Positions 34,760 to 44,624 of a stretch of 64,000 nucleotides of DNA are shown in pieces; positions within the stretch are counted from its first letter, which is position 1; each line of letters starts with the position of its first letter. Source of the DNA: Minisyncoccota bacterium. GTDB lineage: Bacteria > Patescibacteriota > Minisyncoccia > Phycocordibacterales > PALSA-1337. Where the stretch lies: contig JAVHOW010000017.1 in assembly GCA_036170235.1 (NCBI GenBank), positions 4,143-68,142 on the forward strand, in the 5' to 3' direction. Below the pieces are notes generated by a model. That model was given only the letters and a program-made list of their open reading frames with translations. It was not told the origin of the DNA and ran no database searches. Position numbers and translations under genes: made by a program.

Positions 34760-35758
34760 ATGGCAATTCAGCATATTCTAATAACTGGCGGTACGGGATC
34801 TTTCGGATCAACTATGGCAAGTAGGCTGCTTAATGATGGTCGTATTTCAAAAGTAACAATTTTGAGTCGTGACGAGAAAAAACAACACGATATGCGTCAG
34901 CAATTTAGTTCGCCAAAAATCAGGTTTATTGTTGGTGATATCCGTGATTATCAGGCAGTCGATCAGGCTATGGAAGGGGTTGATGTTGTATTCCATGCGG
35001 CTGCGCTAAAACAAGTTCCTACAGGTGAGTTTTTTCCGATTGAATTAGTCAAGACTAATATTTTAGGAACACATAACGTCTTTCAGGCTGCAAAGAAGCA
35101 TCATGTAAAAAAAGTTATTTTATTGACTACTGATAAGGCGGTGTATCCAATTAACGCCATGGGAATATCAAAGGCAATGGCGGAAAAGGTAATGATTGCA
35201 GAGTCTGCGAACAGTAGTCAAACGGTTTTTTGTGGTGTCCGATACGGAAATGTTATGGCCTCGCGTGGGTCAGTTATACCCCTTTTTGTTGATGCTATGT
35301 TAGAGGGTAAGAATATAAAAATTACTGATCCACTCATGACTCGCTTTCTGCTTTCTTTGAACGACGCTATTGATCTAGTTGATTTTGCTATTCAACATGG
35401 ACAACAGGGTGACATCTTTATACAAAAAGCTCCAGCGGCTACTATTCGAGACCTCGGTCAAGCATTACTAAATATTTTCAACTCAAAAAGTAAGATAGAG
35501 CTTATCGGTACACGAGAAGGGGAAAAGATGCATGAGACATTGGCTACTTACATAGAGTTATCAAAGGCGCATGATATGGGCAAGTTTTATCGTATTAGTA
35601 ATATATTGGGACAGGATTATGGTCGGTATTATGAAAAAGGTAAAAAAAGAGGTTCATTGAAAGATTATACTTCAGAAAATACCAAACGTTTGTCAGTAAA
35701 ACAAATTGAAAAACTCCTACTATCTCTTGATTATATTCAACAGAAATTATCAAAATGA
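34760..35758 (+). CDS. fnlA: UDP-N-acetylglucosamine 4,6-dehydratase/5-epimerase (CapE/FnlA/WbjB type)
   Basis: Close collinear resemblance to S. aureus CapE as I recall it: LITGGTGSFGS, SRDEKKQ, FHAAALKQVP, YPINAMGISKAM, RYGNVMASRGSVIPLF, TDPLMTRF, IGTREGEK. Confidence 0.88.
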   Translation: MAIQHILITGGTGSFGSTMASRLLNDGRISKVTILSRDEKKQHDMRQQFSSPKIRFIVGDIRDYQAVDQAMEGVDVVFHAAALKQVPTGEFFPIELVKTNILGTHNVFQAAKKHHVKKVILLTTDKAVYPINAMGISKAMAEKVMIAESANSSQTVFCGVRYGNVMASRGSVIPLFVDAMLEGKNIKITDPLMTRFLLSLNDAIDLVDFAIQHGQQGDIFIQKAPAATIRDLGQALLNIFNSKSKIELIGTREGEKMHETLATYIELSKAHDMGKFYRISNILGQDYGRYYEKGKKRGSLKDYTSENTKRLSVKQIEKLLLSLDYIQQKLSK

Positions 35759-36870
35759 AGAAAATCGGCATTACAGGAAGCGGCGGATTTATTGGGTGGC
35801 ATCTTAGATGCGCCATAAAATCCTATTGTACGGATATTGTGCCTGTACTCATACCACGGACTGCATTTGATAATCCGGTTGAAATGGAAAAATATGTGTC
35901 AGAGTGTGATGTGATTGTGCATTTGGCTGGACTCAATAGGGCAGATGAACAGGTAATTTACCAGACAAACATTTCGTTGGTCCAAGCAATCATTAGTGCA
36001 TGTGTAAAGGGCAACGTATCTCCACAGATCGTTTTTTCATCATCAACGCACGTCGATAATAATACTGAGTACGGTAGATCGAAGAAAGATTCGGTCATGT
36101 TATTGAGAAATTGGGCCAATACGCATAAGGCAGTTTTTTCAAACATCATTATTCCGAATGTCTTCGGTGAATATGGGAAACCTTTTTACAATAGTGTTAT
36201 TGCAACATTTTGTCAGCAGATTGTCGATGGTACCCCATGTGATATCAAGAGTGATGGGGAGTTTAAGATTATATATGTCCAAGATGTAGTAAAAAATATT
36301 TTGGAAGCCATTGATACGAGATCAAATCAGGAATTGAGGCTTGTCGGCGTGCCTGTTTCTCCGCGGTCTATACATTCCAAACTTCTCGACTTTAAAGCAG
36401 ATTATGATCGGAATATCATACCAGAGTCTCAGTCTGATATTGATGTGCAATTATTTAATACGTTTAGGTCATTTTTATTTCCTGAATATTTTCCACGAAA
36501 ACTGGAACTTAAAACTGATAACCGTGGATCACTGTTTGAAATTATTAAAGGAAATACAAAGGGTCAAATTTTTTATTCTACGACCAAACCAGGAATTACA
36601 CGAGGAAATCATTATCATTTGAGAAAAATAGAGAGATTTTGTGTTGTACAAGGTAAAGCTGAAATATCATTGCGTAGGTTATTTACTGACAAAATACAGA
36701 CATATACAGTGGATGGAAGTCAGCCGGTCTATATCGACATGCCGACATGTACCACACATAATATAACTAATATTGGCCAGGATCCGCTTCATACCTTGTT
36801 TTGGTCAAATGAGGTCTTTAATCAACAAGACCCAGATACATACTCGGATACAATACCAACATCTAAATGA
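35755..36870 (+). CDS. fnlB: UDP-2-acetamido-2,6-dideoxy-hexose 3-epimerase/reductase (CapF/FnlB/WbjC type; SDR + cupin)
   Basis: HLAGLNRA, YNSVIATFC, TDNRGSLFEIIK, KPGITRGNHYH and QQDPDTY match the CapF layout. Confidence 0.85.
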   Translation: MKKIGITGSGGFIGWHLRCAIKSYCTDIVPVLIPRTAFDNPVEMEKYVSECDVIVHLAGLNRADEQVIYQTNISLVQAIISACVKGNVSPQIVFSSSTHVDNNTEYGRSKKDSVMLLRNWANTHKAVFSNIIIPNVFGEYGKPFYNSVIATFCQQIVDGTPCDIKSDGEFKIIYVQDVVKNILEAIDTRSNQELRLVGVPVSPRSIHSKLLDFKADYDRNIIPESQSDIDVQLFNTFRSFLFPEYFPRKLELKTDNRGSLFEIIKGNTKGQIFYSTTKPGITRGNHYHLRKIERFCVVQGKAEISLRRLFTDKIQTYTVDGSQPVYIDMPTCTTHNITNIGQDPLHTLFWSNEVFNQQDPDTYSDTIPTSK

Positions 36871-38012
36871 ACAAAGATCACATAAAAATTAAAGTTATGA
36901 CCGTAGTTGGAACTCGACCAGAGATTGTTCGTCTGTCCGAAGTAATTAAAGAACTTGATCTTCATACAGATCACTGTTTGGTTCATACAGGTCAAAATTA
37001 TGACTACGAGCTGAATGAAATATTTTTTAAGGAACTCAAATTGAGAAAACCTGATTATTTTTTGGATGCAGCAAAGAAAACTTCTGTAGGTACCATTGCA
37101 AACATTATTGCAAAGATAGACATCGTTCTTGAAAAGGAAAAACCAGATGCTTTTTTGGTTCTTGGCGATACAAACAGTTGCTTGGCTGCCTATGCAGCGA
37201 AACGAAGGAAAATTCCAATATTCCATATGGAAGCCGGCAATCGATGTTTTGATGAGCGCGTCCCCGAGGAGATCAATCGAAAAATTATTGATCATATAAG
37301 CGATATTAATATCACGTATAGTGATTTGTCTCGTACAAATTTATTGCGAGAAGGATTGTCACCGAACAGGGTGCTAAAAAGCGGGTCGCCGATGTATGAA
37401 GTTATCTCGGCCCATAAAAAGGAGATTGACTCTTCACGTGTACTTAAACGTTTAAAGCTTTCGCCGCGTGGATATTTTGTGCTCAGTGCACACCGCGAAG
37501 AGAATGTTAGTGATGATGGACAATTTCAGAGATTACTTGATATTATTCGAGTTGTTTCTGATACCTATAAACTGCCAATTATTTTTTCAGCTCATCCACG
37601 AACCAAGAAAAAGCTGGAAGAAAAAAATGTCATATTGCCGAAACAAGTTATTATTTCAAAGCCAATGGGTTTTTTTGACTTTGTTAAGCTTCAAATAAAT
37701 GCTGTTTGCACGCTCAGTGATAGTGGTACTATAAGTGAAGAATCATCCATATTGAAATTTTCAGCAATTAATTTGCGTGAAGCGCACGAAAGGCCAGAGG
37801 CTATGGATGAAACGGCCGTTATTATGACCGGGTTGAATACAAAACGTGTTATACAATCGATTGAATTGCTTACAGCCCAACGTGTATTAAAGAATGCAGT
37901 CACCACACCATCAGATTATATGGTGGGTAATGTGTCTAAAAAAATTGTTAGGATTATTTTGAGTCACGTCGATTATATTAATGTGCATGTATGGAAAAAG
38001 AGGTTAAACTAG
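36867..38012 (+). CDS. fnlC: UDP-N-acetylglucosamine 2-epimerase, non-hydrolysing (CapG/FnlC/WbjD type)
   Basis: VMTVVGTRPEIVRLS, HTGQNYDYELNEIFF, VLGDTNSC, IPIFHMEAGNRCFDERVPEEINR, SDSGTISEESS and AHERPE. Confidence 0.88.
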   Translation: MNKDHIKIKVMTVVGTRPEIVRLSEVIKELDLHTDHCLVHTGQNYDYELNEIFFKELKLRKPDYFLDAAKKTSVGTIANIIAKIDIVLEKEKPDAFLVLGDTNSCLAAYAAKRRKIPIFHMEAGNRCFDERVPEEINRKIIDHISDINITYSDLSRTNLLREGLSPNRVLKSGSPMYEVISAHKKEIDSSRVLKRLKLSPRGYFVLSAHREENVSDDGQFQRLLDIIRVVSDTYKLPIIFSAHPRTKKKLEEKNVILPKQVIISKPMGFFDFVKLQINAVCTLSDSGTISEESSILKFSAINLREAHERPEAMDETAVIMTGLNTKRVIQSIELLTAQRVLKNAVTTPSDYMVGNVSKKIVRIILSHVDYINVHVWKKRLN

Positions 38013-38017
38013 TCTAA

Positions 38018-38881
38018 CTATCTCTTGTACGTAAATATATCGATGCATGAGTAAAAGAGCCGTTTGAGGTTTTCGTACAATCCTGGCATGTGTCTTTTGA
38101 AGATGTCGAGTAATTTGATGCGTCCACGGATAAGGTAGATTTTTTTTGCCGGGATGAGATTCCCTCCATATCGTTTTGCGATGATTTTTCTTTCTGCGGT
38201 AAATTTATTCTGACTCATGGAGGTCTTTGATTTTTCCCATATTCTGAATGCACCAACAGTGTAAGGAAGATACATGGCTTTTGATAATTTAAATATTCGA
38301 AACCAAAGATCCAAATCCATACAGTATTGAAGAGATTCATCGAGGTAACCAACTTTGTCTAGTATTTTTTTTGTAAAAAAATTCAGAGCAAAAGAATTTC
38401 CTCGTGTTCGTAGGCTCTCAAAATTTTCATCGTTTCGTGGCCGTGGGTCTATAGATGGAGCACGACCATTGTTATACACCTTCAGACAGTCAGTGTAGAT
38501 AAAATCAATATTTGGTTTATTCTCAAACGCCTGACTCACTTCCGAAAAGGCACCTGGCATATAATAGTCATCCGAATTCATCCATGCACAAGCATATCCT
38601 TGAGCCATACGAAGCCCCATGTTTATGGCGCTTGTCTGCCCGCCATTTTTTCGAGTCACATATCGGTATGAAATACCAAGGCATTTTACTGGCCATAATT
38701 TATTTTTTAGGATACGGTCGTATTTTTCTATGATCGACAATGTTGTATCGGTGCTTCCATCATTGATTATTAAGTAATCTATGTAGAAATCTCCCTCTTG
38801 GGACAAAATGCTTTCGATTGTTTGGCCAATGTATGCATCCTGGTTGTACGTTGGCGTAACAATACTTAAAGTTATAGGCAT
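38018..38881 (-). CDS. glycosyltransferase family 2
   Basis: LSIVTPTYNQDAYIGQTIESILSQ, IINDGSTD and MNSDDYY (DxD). Confidence 0.88.
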   Translation of the reverse strand: MPITLSIVTPTYNQDAYIGQTIESILSQEGDFYIDYLIINDGSTDTTLSIIEKYDRILKNKLWPVKCLGISYRYVTRKNGGQTSAINMGLRMAQGYACAWMNSDDYYMPGAFSEVSQAFENKPNIDFIYTDCLKVYNNGRAPSIDPRPRNDENFESLRTRGNSFALNFFTKKILDKVGYLDESLQYCMDLDLWFRIFKLSKAMYLPYTVGAFRIWEKSKTSMSQNKFTAERKIIAKRYGGNLIPAKKIYLIRGRIKLLDIFKRHMPGLYENLKRLFYSCIDIFTYKR

Positions 38882-38886
38882 TCTAG

Positions 38887-39555
38887 TTACTTTACACCCT
38901 CTAAATTCAGGCCAATACTATAAATGCCATGTACTTTTCTTGGACCAGCCCAGTCTTTGAATGAATAGTATGGAGCGGTTTCTGGATCCCACTCACGCAC
39001 AGATGAAAAACCAGCTTTCAAAAGTATGTCAGTTAAATATGATTTATTGAAAACCGCTCGATGAAAATCGAAATCTCCACTTTCGTGAGTCCCCATGAGT
39101 GGAGGGATTATTCGATAAATATCGTGGTTTTCTTTTTCGTAGATGTGTATTATCTTATCGAAATCAGGTACAGATAATCTTAATACACCGCCTTTTTTCA
39201 ACACACGTCCCCACTCTTGTAATATTTCGACTAGTTTCTGATGCGAAAGGTGCTCTAATACATGACAGGCGTACACTAAGTCAGCAAAGTTGTCAGCGAA
39301 CATGGGCAGTTTTTCTACGCGGGAGAGGTAGTGAACATGTGGAAATGGAAGTCCATCCACATTAATATAACGGCTGTCATTTTGATAACCGCAACCCAAA
39401 TGAATCAATTTTTTATTATCCTTATTGTGTGGCAATGCTGGCGGATTTACTAATCGTTTTGTCCCGTACAACGCATTAGTCATAAGAAACCTAGTCTTCA
39501 GTTTGAGGGGTCTAAGGATTTTTCGTATTTTTTTATATATAGTGTGTATGGGCAT
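38887..39555 (-). CDS. class I SAM-dependent methyltransferase
   Basis: LIHLGCG and YACHVLEHLSHQKLVEILQEWGRVLKKGGVLRLSVPDF. Confidence 0.72.
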   Translation of the reverse strand: MPIHTIYKKIRKILRPLKLKTRFLMTNALYGTKRLVNPPALPHNKDNKKLIHLGCGYQNDSRYINVDGLPFPHVHYLSRVEKLPMFADNFADLVYACHVLEHLSHQKLVEILQEWGRVLKKGGVLRLSVPDFDKIIHIYEKENHDIYRIIPPLMGTHESGDFDFHRAVFNKSYLTDILLKAGFSSVREWDPETAPYYSFKDWAGPRKVHGIYSIGLNLEGVK

Positions 39556-39673
39556 AGTTTGTGTATATTTATGTGTCCATACTATCTTAAATAATATATT
39601 TTGTCATTAAACGCGTCCTCTAGAAATTTTCCTGAAAATGAGGTACAGTCATGTTTCAAGACTCGTTATCACG

Positions 39674-41089
39674 ATGGAACATCCTACGCCCACAAAGCCA
39701 TCAACACCAAAGCCATTTTACAAGACGTACCTCAAGGGGGAGTTCTTTTTTGGTGTATGGAATGTAGTATCGCGCGGTGTTGGTTTTTTCAATACGCTGA
39801 TCGTACTTTCAAAGCTCACCGTCTATCAGTATGGTGTATTTCAGCTCATTTTGTCGTCATTTTCAGGCATTGCAGTCTTTATGGGGTTGGGAGGGGAAAC
39901 GATGCGTAATGACATTCTCCGCTATGTGGGCGAGCAGGATATTCCGCGTGCAAAGAGACTTTTCTATGAATCGACCGTTGCGCGCGTGGGGATTGGTATT
40001 ATCTTGTGGGCTGTAATATTTTTTGGTGCATCATTCTTTTTCTCAAAATACAGCACGGATTTTATATTCTACATTCGCATTATGTCGTTCCTGTTCCTTC
40101 ATGATGCGATTCTTCCTTCGCTGCGTTTGGCCCTGGAAGCTGAGAAAAAGTTCAGTTTGATTGCGAGCAGATCATCAATAAGTCGATTTATTCAGCTCGC
40201 CATCATCGCCTGGTTTTATTTCTTTGCATCTGTCGGACTCAAAGAAGTTATTCTTTCGCTTGTTGCTGCGTCATATATCTCAATTATTTTCATGGTAGTC
40301 CCTGTGGTGAGAAGTTATTTCAAAATATGGCGACAGTATCCAGTTGCTGGAGAATATATGACGTGGCCTCTTCTGTCTTCATATGGAAAGTGGGAGCTCT
40401 TGCGTCCAGTTGCGGCCAAATTGGTCGATTTCGTCCAGGTCTGGATGACAAAGTTCTTGATCAGTACCGAAGCTGTGGCTATATTCTCAGTAGCGCAGAC
40501 CATGATCGGAACGCTGGCGAACTTTATGCCAGTCAATACATTATCCGTACTTATACCGCTTCACATTGCCGAAAAGGAGAAACTTCAAAAAATATATAAC
40601 ACTGGCACGAAATATCTCATCCTTTTCTCAATCGTTGTTGGTATTGGTGGACTTATTGCCGCACAGCCATTTATCCATTGGTTCTTTCCAAAATATATCG
40701 CGGCATTGCCATATTTTGATGTTCTGTTATTGACGTTACCAATTACGGCTGCGACAGCAGTCGCAGGAGTATTTTTCGTTGTGTATCGTCGACAGGGGTT
40801 CTTGTTGTTCCAAAAGCTTATGAAAGGTGTCTTGGGAATCGCCCTGTACGCGCTCTTGATACCAGTCTTTGGTATGTGGGGTTTGGTAGTGCAAGCAATT
40901 ATACTGTCATTGGTTCTTTTCGTAATTGTGTATGTATACATGGTCAGATCAAAACTTGATGTCAGTCTCAATTGGAAATATCTGACCAGTTATAATGACG
41001 CGGACAAAGAGTTCCTCAGGAATTTCTTTTCGGATGTGAAAAAGGTTATGGGGAGATGGATCCCGTCATTTGCAAAAACCAAAGAATAG
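39674..41089 (+). CDS. polysaccharide flippase (Wzx / MOP superfamily-like)
   Basis: About 12-14 hydrophobic segments in a layout typical of oligosaccharide flippases. Preferred start is ATG 39674. Confidence 0.7.
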   Translation: MEHPTPTKPSTPKPFYKTYLKGEFFFGVWNVVSRGVGFFNTLIVLSKLTVYQYGVFQLILSSFSGIAVFMGLGGETMRNDILRYVGEQDIPRAKRLFYESTVARVGIGIILWAVIFFGASFFFSKYSTDFIFYIRIMSFLFLHDAILPSLRLALEAEKKFSLIASRSSISRFIQLAIIAWFYFFASVGLKEVILSLVAASYISIIFMVVPVVRSYFKIWRQYPVAGEYMTWPLLSSYGKWELLRPVAAKLVDFVQVWMTKFLISTEAVAIFSVAQTMIGTLANFMPVNTLSVLIPLHIAEKEKLQKIYNTGTKYLILFSIVVGIGGLIAAQPFIHWFFPKYIAALPYFDVLLLTLPITAATAVAGVFFVVYRRQGFLLFQKLMKGVLGIALYALLIPVFGMWGLVVQAIILSLVLFVIVYVYMVRSKLDVSLNWKYLTSYNDADKEFLRNFFSDVKKVMGRWIPSFAKTKE

Positions 41090-41108
41090 TAATGTGACGA
41101 GTATGTTT

Positions 41109-41918
41109 TTACCAAGCAGTCTGACCTCCATCTACAACTATGTTGCTGGCGGTGACGAATTCTGACGCCTTTGAAGAGAGGAATAGGATGACACCACGGT
41201 ATTCATCTGGCTGAGCTGGTCTGCCAAGCATATTTCTGGAGCCAAGTTTGGCTAAAAATTCTGGTTCCATTGATCCAAAATTGACCGCGCCAAATGAGAC
41301 TGAGTTTACGCGTACTCCAGGTGCTACAGCGGCAAAATATGATGCCCATGCGCGAGTAAGTCCAAGCAGGGCAGTCTTGACCGTCGGGTAGGCGACTGAT
41401 TTAAATTTACCTTTTTCATATTTTCCATGCTGTGGAGCGGTAATGGCGGAAGTAGAGGAAATGTTTATGACAGATCCTTCTTTTTGCTTCATCATGTAGG
41501 GCGCTACTGCTTGTGTGCAGAATTGGGCTCCCGAGAGGCCAACAGAAATTTCTTTTTCCCATTGGGGTTGGGGGTATTTTTCATAGGGGCTGAACATCGC
41601 CTCATCAGCCGCAGTAGCATCTTTGCCGACTTTCGGATTGAGAGCGGCATTATTAATGAGAATGTGGATACCTCCGTGAGCTGACGCGACTTCGTCAACA
41701 ACTTTTTTTATATCTAGTGGTTTCGTAATGTCTACGATATATTGGTCAGCAATGCCGTCGAGTGCGGGGTTTTTTGTCATATCAAATGATACAACATGTG
41801 CCCCCGCATCTTTTAAAATAGTTGCGTGTTCAATACCAAGTCTTCCTGCACCACCAGTAATGATGGAGGTTTTTCCTTCGAGTGAAAAAAGCCTGAGTAT
41901 TTTTTTAGTATTAATCAT
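41109..41918 (-). CDS. SDR-family oxidoreductase
   Basis: GKTSIITGGAGRLGIEHA (TGxxxGxG), NNAA and a Y-x3-K context (AYPTVK). Confidence 0.82.
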   Translation of the reverse strand: MINTKKILRLFSLEGKTSIITGGAGRLGIEHATILKDAGAHVVSFDMTKNPALDGIADQYIVDITKPLDIKKVVDEVASAHGGIHILINNAALNPKVGKDATAADEAMFSPYEKYPQPQWEKEISVGLSGAQFCTQAVAPYMMKQKEGSVINISSTSAITAPQHGKYEKGKFKSVAYPTVKTALLGLTRAWASYFAAVAPGVRVNSVSFGAVNFGSMEPEFLAKLGSRNMLGRPAQPDEYRGVILFLSSKASEFVTASNIVVDGGQTAW

Positions 41919-41929
41919 AATGGTGGTTT

Positions 41930-42739
41930 TTATGTAACTAGCTTTCGTACGAAGTCTAGATACGTGGTATTGAGTGATACATCGTCGATTTGCGCGTCGC
42001 GTGCACCTTGGAGAATATAAGGTCCATTGTAGCCGATGCGATTGAGTGCGTCAAAAGCTCCACCAAAATCGGCAGTACCTGTGCCGAGCCGTACACTCTC
42101 ACCTCCGTTTTCCCGTCTGTCTTTTATGTGTACACCTTTGATCAATTGTCCGAGCGTTAGGATGTCATGTGCGAGATTGACACCCATACTCGCCATATTC
42201 CCAATATCATAGTAGATACCGATAGCTGGTGAATTGAACGATTCGACAAATTCTTTCAATTCTGGTGCGGACATTTCCGCCTCAATGGCAATTGAGATAC
42301 CATATTTCTCTGCACACGTTAGTGGTTTGGCGAGTTGGGAGCGGGCTTTTTTCTTGTCTGTTTCGGTTCGTAGGATCATATCATTGAAAAAAGATACCAG
42401 AATTGTCCGAGCTCCAATGAGTGATGCTTGGGCAATGAGTGTGCAGTATACATCGGGATACCATGATTCTGATGAGAAGAATCCGTGTATAGATGGTGTT
42501 TCAATCCTATATTTTTTTTGTAGTGCCACTATCTTTTGTGTGCCGGTTTCAGTAAACAGTGGATTGTGGTGGTATCCATCTTTTTTTACCAGCAATTCAA
42601 TACATGAGAATCCTATTTTCTGAGCACTACTGAATTCATCGCGCCACTCTGTGTCGGGAAAAAACTGGATGCCTCTACCGTTTGAAGGTGTCAGTCGTCC
42701 TTGCAAGATCCCAATTCTATTGTGCGCCTTGGAAGCCAT
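41930..42739 (-). CDS. sugar phosphate isomerase/epimerase (xylose-isomerase-like TIM barrel)
   Basis: GFSCIELLV, IAIEAE and VHIKD, elements typical of AP_endonuc_2/IolE-like barrels. Confidence 0.65.
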   Translation of the reverse strand: MASKAHNRIGILQGRLTPSNGRGIQFFPDTEWRDEFSSAQKIGFSCIELLVKKDGYHHNPLFTETGTQKIVALQKKYRIETPSIHGFFSSESWYPDVYCTLIAQASLIGARTILVSFFNDMILRTETDKKKARSQLAKPLTCAEKYGISIAIEAEMSAPELKEFVESFNSPAIGIYYDIGNMASMGVNLAHDILTLGQLIKGVHIKDRRENGGESVRLGTGTADFGGAFDALNRIGYNGPYILQGARDAQIDDVSLNTTYLDFVRKLVT

Positions 42740-43701
42740 TATTTTTTCTTTTTTCCGATAAAAATGATATTTGAAGTAATCTTCAGATCCGCAAGTGTTT
42801 TTTTGTATTCAATATCCACACGCTTGATGAATGCATCAAGTGTCTTCGTAATGCGTAGGGAAACATTCTTTCGAATAGGAAGAACTGGCGCCGATAGTCC
42901 AGCAAGTGGTGTACCTTGAGGAGCATCATTTACGATCCAGTTCATGTGGTTCAGGATATTGTAGTCTTGCGTGTGAAAAGTTTTACCCTTGAATCCTGAG
43001 GCGGACATGACTTTTTCGAGGCTTTTTTCGGTGAAATACCAGAGATGGGATTTGTGATAGAAAAATTGATAATGACGAGGCAAGTCATACATGTGTGCCA
43101 AAGCGTCATTGAGATTTGGCACTTCGATAGCGATAACACCACCTGGTGCAAGATATTCTTCAAGGCCCGCAATGAATGTTCTATGGTCGCTCACATGTTC
43201 GAGCGTTTGAAATGCAACTATCACGTCAAAGTATTTCTTCTTCAAGGGAGTTTCTTTGATATCTGTTGTGTAAACCTTGCACTTGCATTTTTTGGCTGCA
43301 TACGCTGCTGACGCTAGATCAAAATCAATGCCAACAATTTCTTTTACTAAAGGCTTTACATGATGAAGAAACATGCCAGCTGAACAACCAACTTCAAGCA
43401 ATTTTGTTTTCTTGGTGAGATATGGTTTGAGCAGGCGTAAGCGATCTACTTGGAATCTTTCGTATATAGAAAATAGTTCATCAGTCTCGGATGTTGCCGC
43501 AAGTTTTGGTCGGCCAATCTTGCGGTATTCGCTCGCGTAATATTTTTTGAGATCTGCTACGCTAATATGTGCATCGAGGATGCCAAGTTCACAATGTGAA
43601 CACAGAAAAACTTTTCGCTTTTCTCCGGTGCGTAGAGTGTTGGCAATTACTTTTGATGATGTTTTGTTACAAATGGGGCAGTTCATGATAGTTTTGGCCA
43701 T
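42739..43701 (-). CDS. SAM-dependent methyltransferase with N-terminal zinc ribbon (C-methyltransferase-like)
   Basis: CPICNK...CSHCELG, then LLEVGCSAGMF and AFQTLEHV. Confidence 0.75.
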   Translation of the reverse strand: MAKTIMNCPICNKTSSKVIANTLRTGEKRKVFLCSHCELGILDAHISVADLKKYYASEYRKIGRPKLAATSETDELFSIYERFQVDRLRLLKPYLTKKTKLLEVGCSAGMFLHHVKPLVKEIVGIDFDLASAAYAAKKCKCKVYTTDIKETPLKKKYFDVIVAFQTLEHVSDHRTFIAGLEEYLAPGGVIAIEVPNLNDALAHMYDLPRHYQFFYHKSHLWYFTEKSLEKVMSASGFKGKTFHTQDYNILNHMNWIVNDAPQGTPLAGLSAPVLPIRKNVSLRITKTLDAFIKRVDIEYKKTLADLKITSNIIFIGKKKK

Positions 43702-44624
43702 TGGGCAGGATCTACTTGGTTTGGTGTATTAAGTGCGATTTTGTGTAATCTGACGACAATCTCTGATGGCAATGGACCGTCTTTAAGAGCGTTCACTGCT
43801 TTTTGTACATTACCAATTTTATTGCTACCAATCAATGAGGATGAAATTAGTGGACTATTGAGTGCGAAACGGATGGCTAATGTCGGTAGGTCAGTGCCTA
43901 TTTCGCGAGCGATTGTTTCAATTTCGTCAATGGTGTGTTGCAAACCTTCAAGACCTGCAGGTAACTTTTTTCTTAGTGCGGTAAGAGATCCTTTTAGAAG
44001 GACTGATCTATTTATGATTCCAACACCAGCTTTTTGTGCCGCAAGGAATACACGAGGTTCCATGCGCTGGTCAGGAACATTGTACGCAACCTGTATGACA
44101 TCAAAGAAGCCTGAATTAATAGCTGAAAGCGGCGACTCTTCACCTCGCGTTGAAACTCCAGTGAAGCGAATTTTTCCGGCCTGTTTGAGATCCTTCAATA
44201 TTCCAGTCAATTCACCTCGTTCGATATCTTCAACACTCGGTCCATGCAACATCAGTATTGGCAGGGAGTCAATCTGTAATTTTTCTAGACTTTCATTGAC
44301 TTGCACACTTATTTTTTCTGTAAGCTCTGGAAGTGAATATTTTTCGCCCTTTTCAAGAAACTGCGCGCATTTTGTTTCTACGATAATGTCTGGATCTTTG
44401 AGTATTCCTGATTTACCAATACGCTCTTCAGCCACGCCGTAATAGCTGGCCGTATCAAAAAAAGTAATGCCGAGGTCGACTGATTGTCTGAGGAGATCGA
44501 TAGCTTCAGTTTCGGAAGGAAGCGGTCTCTCACCAAGTCCATAAGAAAAACCAATTTCCGCAGTTCCAAGTCCAATACGAGAAACCTTGAGTCCGGTGCG
44601 GCCAAGTTTCGAATACGTCATCAT
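43683..44624 (-). CDS. aldo/keto reductase
   Basis: YSKLGRTGLKVSRIGLGTAEIG, FFDTASYYG and LMLHGP. ATG 44624 forms an ATGA overlap with the upstream stop. Confidence 0.85.
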   Translation of the reverse strand: MMTYSKLGRTGLKVSRIGLGTAEIGFSYGLGERPLPSETEAIDLLRQSVDLGITFFDTASYYGVAEERIGKSGILKDPDIIVETKCAQFLEKGEKYSLPELTEKISVQVNESLEKLQIDSLPILMLHGPSVEDIERGELTGILKDLKQAGKIRFTGVSTRGEESPLSAINSGFFDVIQVAYNVPDQRMEPRVFLAAQKAGVGIINRSVLLKGSLTALRKKLPAGLEGLQHTIDEIETIAREIGTDLPTLAIRFALNSPLISSSLIGSNKIGNVQKAVNALKDGPLPSEIVVRLHKIALNTPNQVDPAQWPKLS